A stretch of DNA of 64,000 bases, taken from contig NW_003314270.1 in assembly GCF_000143415.4 (NCBI RefSeq), positions 2,225,048 through 2,289,047 of the forward strand, read 5' to 3'. Positions 46,640-57,140 of the stretch are shown in pieces. Origin of the DNA: Selaginella moellendorffii. Taxonomy: Eukaryota; Plantae; Lycopodiophyta. Within the stretch, counting starts at the first letter, position 1; the number at the start of each line of letters is the position of its first letter. The position numbers and the translations under genes are program-made. Below the pieces are notes generated by a model, which saw only the letters and a program-made list of their open reading frames with translations, was not told the origin of the DNA and searched no databases.

Positions 46640-47950
46640 TTGTAGGTTTTTATATAGACAGTTATTTATCTTAGACTAATAATATATATGAATATTTAGA
46701 GATAAGAATGTATTTTTTTACATAAATTTGTTTCTTATACTTTTATTTAAATTAAAGCATATTAATGAATCCACTTATAATAAGTCTAAACACTAATATT
46801 TAAAATTTTTTATTAAGCAATTTAAGTTAAGAACAAATGCTTTTTGAAATTAATGAAGTTTTTTATTAAATATTAAACTTATAGAGGTTTAGTTTAATAA
46901 AAATATTATAGAAAGTTAATCATAAATTTAAAAGAAATTATCCTTGCTTTTTTAATATTATGTAGTGTACAAAAGTCTTTTGATAAAATATGATTCTAAT
47001 AACATTTATCAGTTTTTAAGCACTTTGAAGTTTTAACAAGAATATTATTAAATAAAATTAAAACAATTAAATTCAATTAAATTCATTTATTTAAGATTAT
47101 TTTACTTTAAATTCACAAAATTCAGTTTTTGTCCAAAATTGAATGTGAACATTGTAAGAATCTAATTCTATTATTGCAAATGAGTGATAAATTTAAGGTT
47201 TAGAGGTACAAGTTTTCTTCTATTTTTTTATAATGATGTTGTTAAACTTTGAAAAACTTTAAATATGAGATTTTATAATAAAATTATTAAACTTAAATAT
47301 ATTAAACATTTCCTTCATAATGATGAACTACCAACATTTTAAATATGTAACATATTTTTTATTTTTATTAGCTCAATAATAATTTTAAAAATTTGAAAAT
47401 TCTTTATAAGTATATATAGTTTTATACTTTTAAAATGATAGTATGAGTGTATAGCTCAAAATCATAGATTTGACATATAACAATAATATAAGATGAAATT
47501 AATTGATTCGACAATGTGATAGAATTTTTTTTAAAAAAATCCTTACAATTGCAAAATGAAATTTTTTTAATATACCACTTAAGTTGCAAACTTCACTCAT
47601 TGATAAATATACAATTTGGCTTTAAGGATATAAATAATTTATGAATTGTTTTCACCTATAAAAGGTGTAAATTATTTTTCTATTTAGTGTTTTTCTTGAC
47701 TATTATTTACCTTTTAAAACTGCATAAGAAGTGTTATTTTTCAGTTGATTAACCAAAATTTATATACTTGTCTTTCAGTGTCTATCGCTATTAACTTTAA
47801 TCTCTACTAATCTCTGAGTATTTACTGGACAATTGCTATTTCTTATTATAATAGATTGCTTGTATAATCTAAGAATATGCTTTACAAATTTGTGAATATT
47901 TTAATATTATTCTTCTTGGAATACTAAATGAATAATGATTTTTAATAGGA
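46640..47950. other. Very AT-rich non-coding island, probably transposon-derived
   Basis: Sharp compositional drop, no ORF of 60 aa or more; preceded by ~2.3 kb of decayed CpG-poor sequence (44300-46600). Confidence 0.45.
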
Positions 47951-48238
47951 AAGCGAAGTCTTCCTAGGGGTGCAAGCTACAAATTTCAGTACTGGCACCC
48001 AAAGGATTTTTCTTGTGCGGCATTCAATGCCCATCAGAGTTGACAATGAAATCCTTGCATCCACGCAGCAGTGCGTGACGAATCTCCATCATGGTTGCCA
48101 GATGAATGATTCAATCCAATCCATCAGCCATTGTTAAAAGTCTCAGAAAAATCACAACTAACTCCAGATTCCAAATTCTGTGATGGAAAGATCAAAGCAC
48201 CTAGCCTCACAAATAAAAAGAAAAGAAAGAATGATCAA

Positions 48239-48931
48239 TCAACCAAGATGACAATGCTCGTTTCTCTGCCAAACCATGTCATCTCCATTGCGGTCCTGCT
48301 CCTGCTCTTGGTGAAGATCGACCCAGCAATGGCCGTGCTGCTGCTGGATCATCGCAGAAGAAGAGTAGCAATGCATCCGATTGCTGACGGATCCGGGCGA
48401 GCAAAATGGGGATATGTCGAGAAAGGGAAGATCCGCCCAGTACTCCCTGCCCCGATCGAAGTTCCTCTCGTAGCTCTCCGTCTTGTAGTGGTGGAGCGGC
48501 GGCTGTGGATCTACGCACATTGAGTCGTAACACGACGATTGGATCTTCCTGGCCTCGGCCCGCCACTTACGAATCGCCTGCTTCCACTTTGGCGGCCTCT
48601 CGTAGCCGCTGCCGTGGTGGTGATGGTCCTTGGAGGAGCTGTTCTTGGCGTTCTTGGCGTCCTTGCTCCGCCTTCTCCTCAGACCGCCGAGGCAATCGAG
48701 AATCCAGCTCTTGCAATCGAGAGCAATCACCTGCTGCTGCTGCTGCTGCTGATGCCGCGGGCGCTGCTCGTCGATAGTCTTGTCGGCGCTAGGATTCTTG
48801 GCGCCCTCTTCTTGCAATGTGGATGCCGAGGTGGGCCAAGACGCTAGAGACGAGGGCGAGAGCACATTGTAGGCATTCTCCACGAATCCCATAGCTCGAT
48901 CGATTGATTCTTGATGCGCTCCGAGCATCAA
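48239..48931 (-). CDS. Small uncharacterised protein, paralog of 43687-44226
   Basis: KSWILDCL, YERPPKWKQAIRKWR, HHYKTESYERNFDRGREYWADL; the first ATG in the ORF is near the 5' end, start codon uncertain. Confidence 0.65.
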   Translation of the reverse strand: MMLGAHQESIDRAMGFVENAYNVLSPSSLASWPTSASTLQEEGAKNPSADKTIDEQRPRHQQQQQQQVIALDCKSWILDCLGGLRRRRSKDAKNAKNSSSKDHHHHGSGYERPPKWKQAIRKWRAEARKIQSSCYDSMCVDPQPPLHHYKTESYERNFDRGREYWADLPFLDISPFCSPGSVSNRMHCYSSSAMIQQQHGHCWVDLHQEQEQDRNGDDMVWQRNEHCHLG

Positions 48932-49393
48932 GAATCCATAACAGCTAAAACTCCTACCAAAACCCTAGATATGGAGGAGCGAGCGAGCGAGAAAGAGAGA
49001 GAAAAAGGTGAGGTTTGTGTGAAACGGTCGCGCAAACGGGAAAATTAGACAGCCGTCAGATCTGGTCAAAGATGACCACCGGCGGTTGCGCGCTCGATTC
49101 CTGGGGAGTAACTTTAGGGTAGCCATGGGGATCTCTGGTTCGATTCCCAGGCAATGCAGCGGCCCACCACGTTAGGCGTTCTATTCTCGCGAGTGACAAG
49201 GCCATGGATATGCATCATCCATTGGGCGTACAGTATATATGTGTCAGCTTGTCAAGATCTTGGCTGCTAGGGTTTGCTAGCGCTCTATGGTAAGGCGGCG
49301 GCTGTGAGGAGATCTCGAGCTCGCGAATCGCCTCGCGCGGTGCACCTCGGCTGCCCTGCATTGTACAGATAGGTGAAGGATCTCGCGGCAGCG

Positions 49394-51637
49394 ATGGCGG
49401 AGACGGCGGGATTTCTCACAGATGAGCAGCGCAAGCTGATGAAATCGGCGTCGCTGACCCGCGAGAGCTCCGCGGAGCTGCTGTCGCCGAGGGCGGCGTC
49501 GGGGAAGCACCACGAGAGGAAATCGCATTCGGGGAAGAATGGGCGACCTAAAAAGGGTATGCTTTCCTTGTAGCTTGCATTTTTCCTCGGTAGGCAATAA
49601 CTTAGAACTGTGTTTTGGCATGTAGGTGGCAGTGGTGGCAAGGGGACTTGGGGATCCGTCATGGAAGATGGTAGCAAGAGGGTTCTTATTGATCGAAACG
49701 ATCCTAACTATGACAGTGGAGAGGTATGCTGATAAAAAGTCTCTTTTTCTCAAGTCCTTACCAAAAAAAACGTTCTTTTCTTGCAGGAACCATACCATCT
49801 GATCGGTGCTCACGTCGCTCAGTCGTTACAAGTGTACAAAGAGAAGGTTGTATATATAGTGGAGGAATATTTTGCTACTGGCAACGTCGCGGACGCGGCC
49901 ACAGATTTGCGAGACCTCGGCTCGCCGAGCTACCATCACTACTTCGTCAAGAAGCTCATTTCCATGGCGCTGGACAGGCACGACAGGGAGAAGGAGATGG
50001 CGTCGGTTCTACTGTCGGCCCTCTACGCCGACGTGATGGAGCCGGACCAGTTAGCCAAGGGATTTACCAAACTACTCGAGTCGGCGGACGACTTGGCGCT
50101 TGACATTCCGGATGCTACCGACGTCCTGGCACTTTTTCTTGCTCGAGCAGTGGTGGACGACATTCTCCCGCCGGCATTCTTGTCCAAGACGCAGGCTGTG
50201 TTACCGGACGGCTCCAAGGGCCTCGAGGTTCTCCAAAACGCCGAGAAGAGCTACCTCAACGCGCCGCTGCATGCAGAGGTCGTCGAGCGACGCTGGGGTG
50301 GCAGTACCCAGACCACCGTCGAGGAAGTGAAGCGGAAGATCACCGACCTGCTGAAGGAGTACGTGGAGAGCGGGGACCAGGCCGAGGCCCGCCGCTGCAT
50401 CCGAGAGCTCAACGTGCCTTTCTTCCACCACGAGGTGGTCAAGAAGGCCCTGACTCTGGTGATTGAGAAGAAGAGTGCCGAGGCCGGGATCGTGTCCCTC
50501 CTCCAGGAGTGCGCCGACGAGGGTCTCATCTCCTCCAACCAGATGTCCAAAGGCTTCTCCCGCGTTTTCGACGCGCTGGAGGACCTCTCGCTGGACGTCC
50601 CGCAGGCCCGTGAGATTCTCGAGGACCTCGCAGCCAAGGCCATGTCCGCTGGCTGGCTCAGCTCCTCGTTCGTCACTCCCGCTGCTGCTTCTGCTGCTGC
50701 TGCTGCCGCCGCTGCTTCCAACGACGATGGTGCTGCAGCAAACGGTGACACCGCCGTCGACGATGCTCATGTCTTCAAGCAGAAGGCCACCGGGATCATC
50801 CAGGAGTACTTTTTGTCCGACGACATAGCGGAGGTGGTGCGGAGCCTCGAGGACCTGGCAGCCCCGGACTTCAACGCGGTGTTCGTCAAGAAGCTCATCA
50901 CCCTGGCAATGGACAGGAAGAACCGGGAGAAGGAGATGGCGTCGGTGCTCCTGTCGGCTCTCTACGCGGAGGTGATCCCGGTGGGGCAGATTGGAAAGGC
51001 GTTCACGATGCTGCTCGAGTCGGCCGAGGACACGGCCCTGGACATCCCGGACGCCGCCAACCAGCTCGCTTACTTCCTTGACCGTGCGGTGGTGGACGAC
51101 ATACTCCCGCCGCTCTACCTGGAGGAGATCAACGAGCAGCTGCCGGAGGGGTCTCTGGGAAAAGAGATCGTGCACTCGGCCGAGTCCATCCTGGCGGCGC
51201 GGCACGCCGGGGAGCGGATCCTGCGCTGCTGGGGCGGCGGCACGGGCCGCGCGGTGCTGGACGACGCCAAGGACAAGATTGCCAAGCTGCTCGAGGAGTT
51301 TGAGAGCGGCGGCGACATGGGGGAGGCGTGCCAGTGCGTGCGCGACCTGGCCATGCCATACTTCCACCACGAGGTGGTGAAGCGCGCGCTGGTGATGGCC
51401 ATGGAGAGGAAGAGCGCGCGGCCGCTGTGCTTCCTCCGTGAGTGCTCCAGCGAGGGCCTCATCACGACGAGCCAGATGGTGAAGGGATTCGGCAGGGTGG
51501 CGGACTATATCGACGACCTCGCGCTCGACATCCCCGACGCCAAGAGTAAGTTCCAGGGGTTCGTGGACGAGGCCAAGGCACAGGGCTGGCTCTCCAGTGC
51601 CTTTGGAGGCGCTGCGCAAGCCAATGGTAGTGCCTAA
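49394..51637 (+). CDS. MRF: MA3-domain translation regulatory factor (PDCD4-like MRF), 3 exons
   Basis: MAETAGFLTDEQR, PKKGGSGGKGTWG, DRNDPNYDSGEEPY, four MA3 repeats (FVKKLISMA, FFHHEVVKKAL, LALDIPDA). Confidence 0.94.
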
Positions 51638-52949
51638 GTGGTGCGCACTCCCTCTCTCGTTTTTTTTTTCCTGAAATTATATGCTGGTATCTTTGACTTT
51701 TAGTCCACTCTAGTAAACGGTCAGCTCAGCTCCTTTTTGGCCCTTTTGACCGTCCGTACGGATGACCGGTGGGCCATGACGCACCGCCGGGCCGTTTAAA
51801 AACACACGGAAACGCATGGCGACAAAACAAACGATTTGGAAAATGGGGGGAATATGAAGAAGTGGGAGCCGTACGGACGGACACGGCAACGGCCCGTCAG
51901 AGGCCCGCGATCCCACCGTCAAAGCCGGTGCGATCTGGGCCGACCAAAATTCCCTGCGTTGGGCGGAAAGAAGTCGATCTCTCTTCCTTCCAAGTTCCAA
52001 GTGAAGTGTCTGTTGTCTGTGACTTACATGGTTCTCTGTGCGCTGTGTACTAAGTTCCTCGCACTGCTACTGCGCGCTGTGCTCGCTGGATTGGATCGAT
52101 CGCCCCCTTTCCTATCCATTTACCCATTGGGTCCGGGGGATCGCATAGCACAGCACGCGACGCGAGGAGGAGAGAGAGGAGGGAAGGGGGAATTGACGAA
52201 GACGAAGGGGGGAATCCAGGCTTGCACGCTTGGTGGGCGATGACGAGTGCTTGATGGGCTCGATTCTTCGGCTGCTGTGCGTGGTGGGTTCTTCGCAAAT
52301 TCCAGGGATTTGCTCCGTTTGTCACGCAGGGGTCGATCAGTGAGGGGAAAGAGGAAGAGTGTTTTGGAAGAGGAAAAGAAGGGCCGTTTCTTATCGTCAC
52401 ATTGTCGTTTGTGGGGCACGCCACGGCACTTTGGTTCTTCTTCACCTTCCTTCTTTCTTCTTTTCTCGCGTCGCCCCCACTGTGGATGATTGACGACTGC
52501 TTCGTCGTCGTCATCTAGGAGCGCTCTAGTCGCGGCTGAGACTGTCTCGTCTTTAAATTGCTCCCCCTCCTCTTTGCTTCGCCCCTTCTTCTTGTTGTTG
52601 TTCCTTTCTCCTCTTCTCCGTCCTCTCATCTTCTTCAAACCTTCTGCCCCTGTCGGAGCGAAGAGATCCCAGAAGCAACGTGCCGCAGCTTCTCAATCGC
52701 TTCACGTGCTTGACTTTGTACAATCGGTCCAATCCTAGCTACCTGCTGCTCTTCCACGAACAAGTCGTCCTCGATACTGCCAAATCCCAGGGTCGAATTC
52801 AAGTCCAAAACGTCCTCGAGAGGATGGCGTGGCGACTAAGTGGAGGGTAAGCGCCCTCCTCTTCCTTTCTCTCTCCAAAGCGTGTCCATGGGTAGCTGAT
52901 CGGATCGATCGTCTTTCCTTGCGATCGAAGCATAAGAGCATTAGAGGGA

Positions 52950-54488
52950 ATGGAAGTTCTTCAGTACAGGTGCTCCTCCGAGAGAGACCGGCAAATCGAG
53001 GAGGCGGCCAGGTCGGGGCTGGCAAACGTCCAGGAGCTCCTCCAGTTCCTGGCCGACCGGCAGCGCCACCGCAAAGACGATGGCGATTCCTCCTCCGCGT
53101 CCTCTCTCAAGCTGGGCTTGAATCCAGAGGGCAGCGCCGCGGCCTCGTCGGCCATCGCAAGCTTTCGAAGGGTGTCGAGCTTGCTGGGAAGAACCAAAGG
53201 CCATGCAAGGTTCCGAAAGGGGCCCAAGGGACAGACATCGTCTCTGGCGGGATACGAGCATGCATTCGTGGACTCCTCCAGCGCCGCCGGCCACTACCGC
53301 CCGATGAAGCAGCAAATCCATCCCGATGAAATCCACCATCGCCATCTCTCCCAGCAGCATCAAGCTGGCGGACCATCCTCGTCCACGGATTTGAGCCTCC
53401 GGCAGCAAAACGCTCTGGCTGTGGCAATGCACAGGAGAGCGGTGGAGGAAGAGAGGCACAGATTGATCCAGCAGCAGCAGCAGCAGCAGGCCGAGATGAT
53501 GTTCCAGGCCAAGAAGAACCAGGTATTCAACCTGGAGAATTCGATGGGATCGCGCTCGTATATGTCGTCGCTAAGCATGCAGCAGGATCATCACCACCAC
53601 CTCCACCACCATCCTCACGCAATCAGCAACAACAACGCCGTTACCAACAATGCCACGACAAGCAGCGGTGACGTAAAAGCTGGCTCGTTATTTGGGCTGC
53701 TCCCACCGATGAGCCAGAGCAATGGCTCCAACGTTTCCAGGAGGAAGTGCGTGGGAAAGCATGAGGAGCTCGGTATCAAGTGTGCAACGCTCAAGTGCCA
53801 TTGCTCCAAACGGCGGTAATGTGGTTTTTCTCCGTTCGTTTACGATGCTTGTCCTCTTAAACGAAACCATTCTTTTCCTTCGCAACAGGAAGCTGAGGGT
53901 GAAGAGGACCATCACAGTTCCTGCAATCAGCAACAAGCTGGCCGATATTCCTCCGGACGATTACTCTTGGCGAAAGTATGGACAAAAGCCAATCAAGGGC
54001 TCTCCGCACCCAAGGTATGTATATATGTATTGGTTTGTTGGTCAGTCGCTTCTTGTTATGTTTTCGTACTGCCACTACTCGTTTGTTGCCATGCTAGAAA
54101 CTTTTCTACAAGTCTTTCGTGCTCGAGTTTTTCTATCAACTGGGTTCGACTTTTCTCCCAAGCTTTAAAATTTTTTCTTTTCAGGGGCTATTACAAGTGC
54201 AGCAGCATGAGGGGATGCCCGGCCCGGAAGCACGTCGAGCGATCCCTGGAAGACCCTTCAATGTTGATCGTGACTTATGAAGGGGAGCACAATCACACGA
54301 GAAACAACAATAGCAACAACACCACCACCACCACCACCAACAATAACAACGCTAACATCAACACCATCGCCACCACCACCACCACAACCACATCCAACTA
54401 CAACAACAGCAACAATGGGATTGTCAGTGCTAATGGGGCTGGTGTTGCCAGTGCTGCCGCTGCTCCTAGTTTGGTGGCTCACTCCTGA
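52950..54488 (+). CDS. WRKY: WRKY transcription factor, group IId, 3 exons
   Basis: C-motif/CaM-binding region [18 protein letters not shown], Zn cluster [30 protein letters not shown]...YEGEHNH. Confidence 0.95.
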
Positions 54489-55085
54489 TTCTTTTCTTTT
54501 TCGTTCGGTTTTTCCTCCTTGATTTTGCCTGCTTAGGTGATTAGCTCGTACTGATTTGAAAACTTGTCTAAGCTGCTCAAGGACAAGGAATGACAACTAA
54601 CCTCCTGTCTCTTTGGCATCCCATCTGTGTCGTGCCTCATGTCTCTCTGGGAATACACGATGTTTATCATAATACGAACTGTAATCAGGTTAAGAGTGAA
54701 AATGACAAAATTGTTTTTATTGACAGATCCGTCGGCCATACTACCACCTCTTGGTTTGCCAAAGCAAGCTTTCCTGTGTCAAAAGGAAAAACTTAATACC
54801 ATAACACGAGTAGCTTCTGCACCAAGAAATATGATATGTAAAGCTGGATTGTAGAAATATATCACAAAGTTGGACGAATGTGGTAAATGAAATTCCATAT
54901 ACTAAACATCAAGTCAACCAATCAAAACGAGAAATATTGTTCTCCCTGATCCTAATACTTTCCTTATTTTTATAATTTAAAGAAATGATTATGATTATAA
55001 TTTTATTTTATCATAATTAGATAAATCAATAATTAATATAAAAATTTATAAAAATATTAACACCATTTCTTAGTATACCATATGG

Positions 55086-55245
55086 TGTGAGTGCTTGGAA
55101 TATGGAAAGGGAATACAGAAATGTGCATATCAATTAGCCCAAAAACCCTAATTTATATACAGGAGCAAGTGGATTGAAACTAATCCGACGGCTACCAAAA
55201 TCCCCTACGCTAATATTAGTATACGGTATTGTAGCCGTACACTTG
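55086..55245 (-). mobile_element. Larger part of the short (~169 bp) 3' LTR of the host Ty3/gypsy element, split by the nested insertion
   Basis: Begins tgtgag at 55086; the remaining 9 bp gccctcaca at 63145-63153 abut the host PPT; TGTGAG/CTCACA terminal inverted repeat; TATATAAA on the minus strand ~55151-55158. Confidence 0.75.
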
Positions 55246-57126
55246 TGTAAGCGACTAAATTTTCCATTCTACTTTAGTCACTTAACCACACCTCCGACCA
55301 CTTGGAGAAGTCTCATTCACAACCTCCATAAGTCCAATCCAGGACTTGGGACTTGCTAGCCCCGAGAATGGCATCCATGCCACTCAACATTTGCACTTGG
55401 TCCAAGTGCTCCACGTGTCCGATCCCATGACCGACACTCAAAGGTACCACCGACATAGCAGCCTGTTACGCTAAGGCCATGCCCAATCACCTTTGCCACA
55501 CTGGTAGTCCAATACCACTTGCATCACAGTCTTGGCTCCCCAAGACTAGGCAAACCATCCGTGAGTGGTCATCTCAGATCCACTCCTTAGCATCCTTAGG
55601 ATGCCCACCGACAAGGGGAATAGCCTTCCCCAATATCCCTTTGTCAGTCCCCACTAAGTCCCTTTCTGCCCCTGGCCGTGTTTGCCAACACTGCCACTGG
55701 ACCGAGACCCACAGGCCCGACCACTAAGTCCCACGGTCCTCTGGGACTTCCTCACCACACGACTGTGTCCTTGGTCACTACCCCAGAGGACTGCTCCTCT
55801 TCCTTTCCACAGTCTGGGCCTTTGGGACAACATTTCGGAACACTGTGGCCTTATGCGAGCCACCTAGGTACTCTCCTCGCCTTCTGCCCTTGGGTGCTCT
55901 AGCCATGAGCTTAGAGCGGGTTCCGTTGAGCCACACCCGGTATCCAAGTAGGTAGTGCCACCCACACTTGGACTGGGAGCATCGGCCAGTCGATCTCCCG
56001 GGGGAACTAGAGCCGGCTCTTGAACACATCACCAAGCTACCCCGCTTGTCGGTCTGTGTTCACTCTAGTCTTGGACTTCCCAGTGGGCAGCTCATCACCC
56101 AACACTGGGTCTGGCCTTCCTGGGCCAAACTGGCCTTTCCTGGCCAAACTGGCTCCACTGCAGTCCTCCCCCTACTATACTTTTGGGGCTCACCAAACCC
56201 CCCAGGGTCTGGGAGATGAACGCTTTGGGTTTTCACCCTCTCAGGCTCCGGACTCGGACTCGGACTCGGACTCGGACTCGGACTCGGACTCGGACTCGGA
56301 TTCGGACTCGGACTCGGGCTCGGGCTCGGTCTCGGCCTCGGGCTCGGTCTCGGTCTCGGTCCCGGTCTCGGTCTCAGTCTCGGTCTCGGTCCCGGTCTCG
56401 GTCCCGGTCTCGGTCCCGGTCTCGGTCTCGACTTCAGACTCCATCTCGGACTCCATCTCGGACTCCATCTCGGACTCCATCTCGGACTCCATCTCGGGTC
56501 CATCTCGGACTCCATCTCGGACTCCATCTCGGGTCCATCTCGGACTCCATTTCGGGTCCATCTCGGGTCCACCTTGGACTCCATCTCGGACTCCATCTCG
56601 GACTCCATCTCGGGTCCATCTCAGACTCCACTTCGGACTCCAACTCGGGTCCACCTCGGACTCCATCTCGGACTCCATCTCGGACTCCATCTCGGACTCC
56701 ATCTCGGACTCCACTTCGGACTCCAACTCGGGTCCATCTCGGGTCCACCTCGGACTCCACTTCGGACTCCAACTCGGGTCCATCTCGGACTCCACTTCGG
56801 ACTCCCACTCGAGTCCATCTCGGACTCCACTTCGGACTCCAACTCGAGTCCATCTCGGACTCCACTTCGGACTCCAACTTGAGTCCATTTCGGACACTCC
56901 CACGTGTCATGTGTTGGTCCTTTTGGGTCCCTTTTTGGAGCCTCGCCTTTTGCTCGCTTCGTGCTCGTTCCTCGAGCACTTCGTTGGGAGTTCCACTCCC
57001 GCTCTTGACTTTTCAAGTCGGAGCTTTTGGTCCAAACGTGTTACGCTCGTTTGGCTCTCGTTTCGGCCACTACCATGTGGTGCCCTTCCGGCTCCACTTT
57101 GGGGCCTAGGGATTTTGTGTCTCACA
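55246..57126 (-). repeat. 3' LTR (1881 bp)
   Basis: tgtaagcgac...tgtctcaca; direct repeat of 61231-63139. Confidence 0.95.
56247..56895. repeat. Compound tandem array inside the LTR (6-mer GGACTC/GGTCTC grading into 12-mer CTCGGACTCCAT)
   Basis: Directly visible; produces the spurious SD/RT/ESEM repeat ORFs. Confidence 0.95.
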
Positions 57127-57140
57127 ACTCCACCACCTAT
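57127..57140 (-). promoter_or_regulatory. Polypurine tract of the nested element
   Basis: ATAGGTGGTGGAGT on the minus strand immediately before the 3' LTR. Confidence 0.8.

Noticed and set aside
50201-51619. 472-aa antisense ORF over MRF (likewise 39026-40033 over the aminopeptidase)
   Set aside because: Expected by-product of high GC3 codon usage on the sense strand; no motifs
56247-56895. Possible CRISPR-like array
   Set aside because: Contiguous 6/12-bp tandem units with no unique spacers, no cas genes, eukaryotic context
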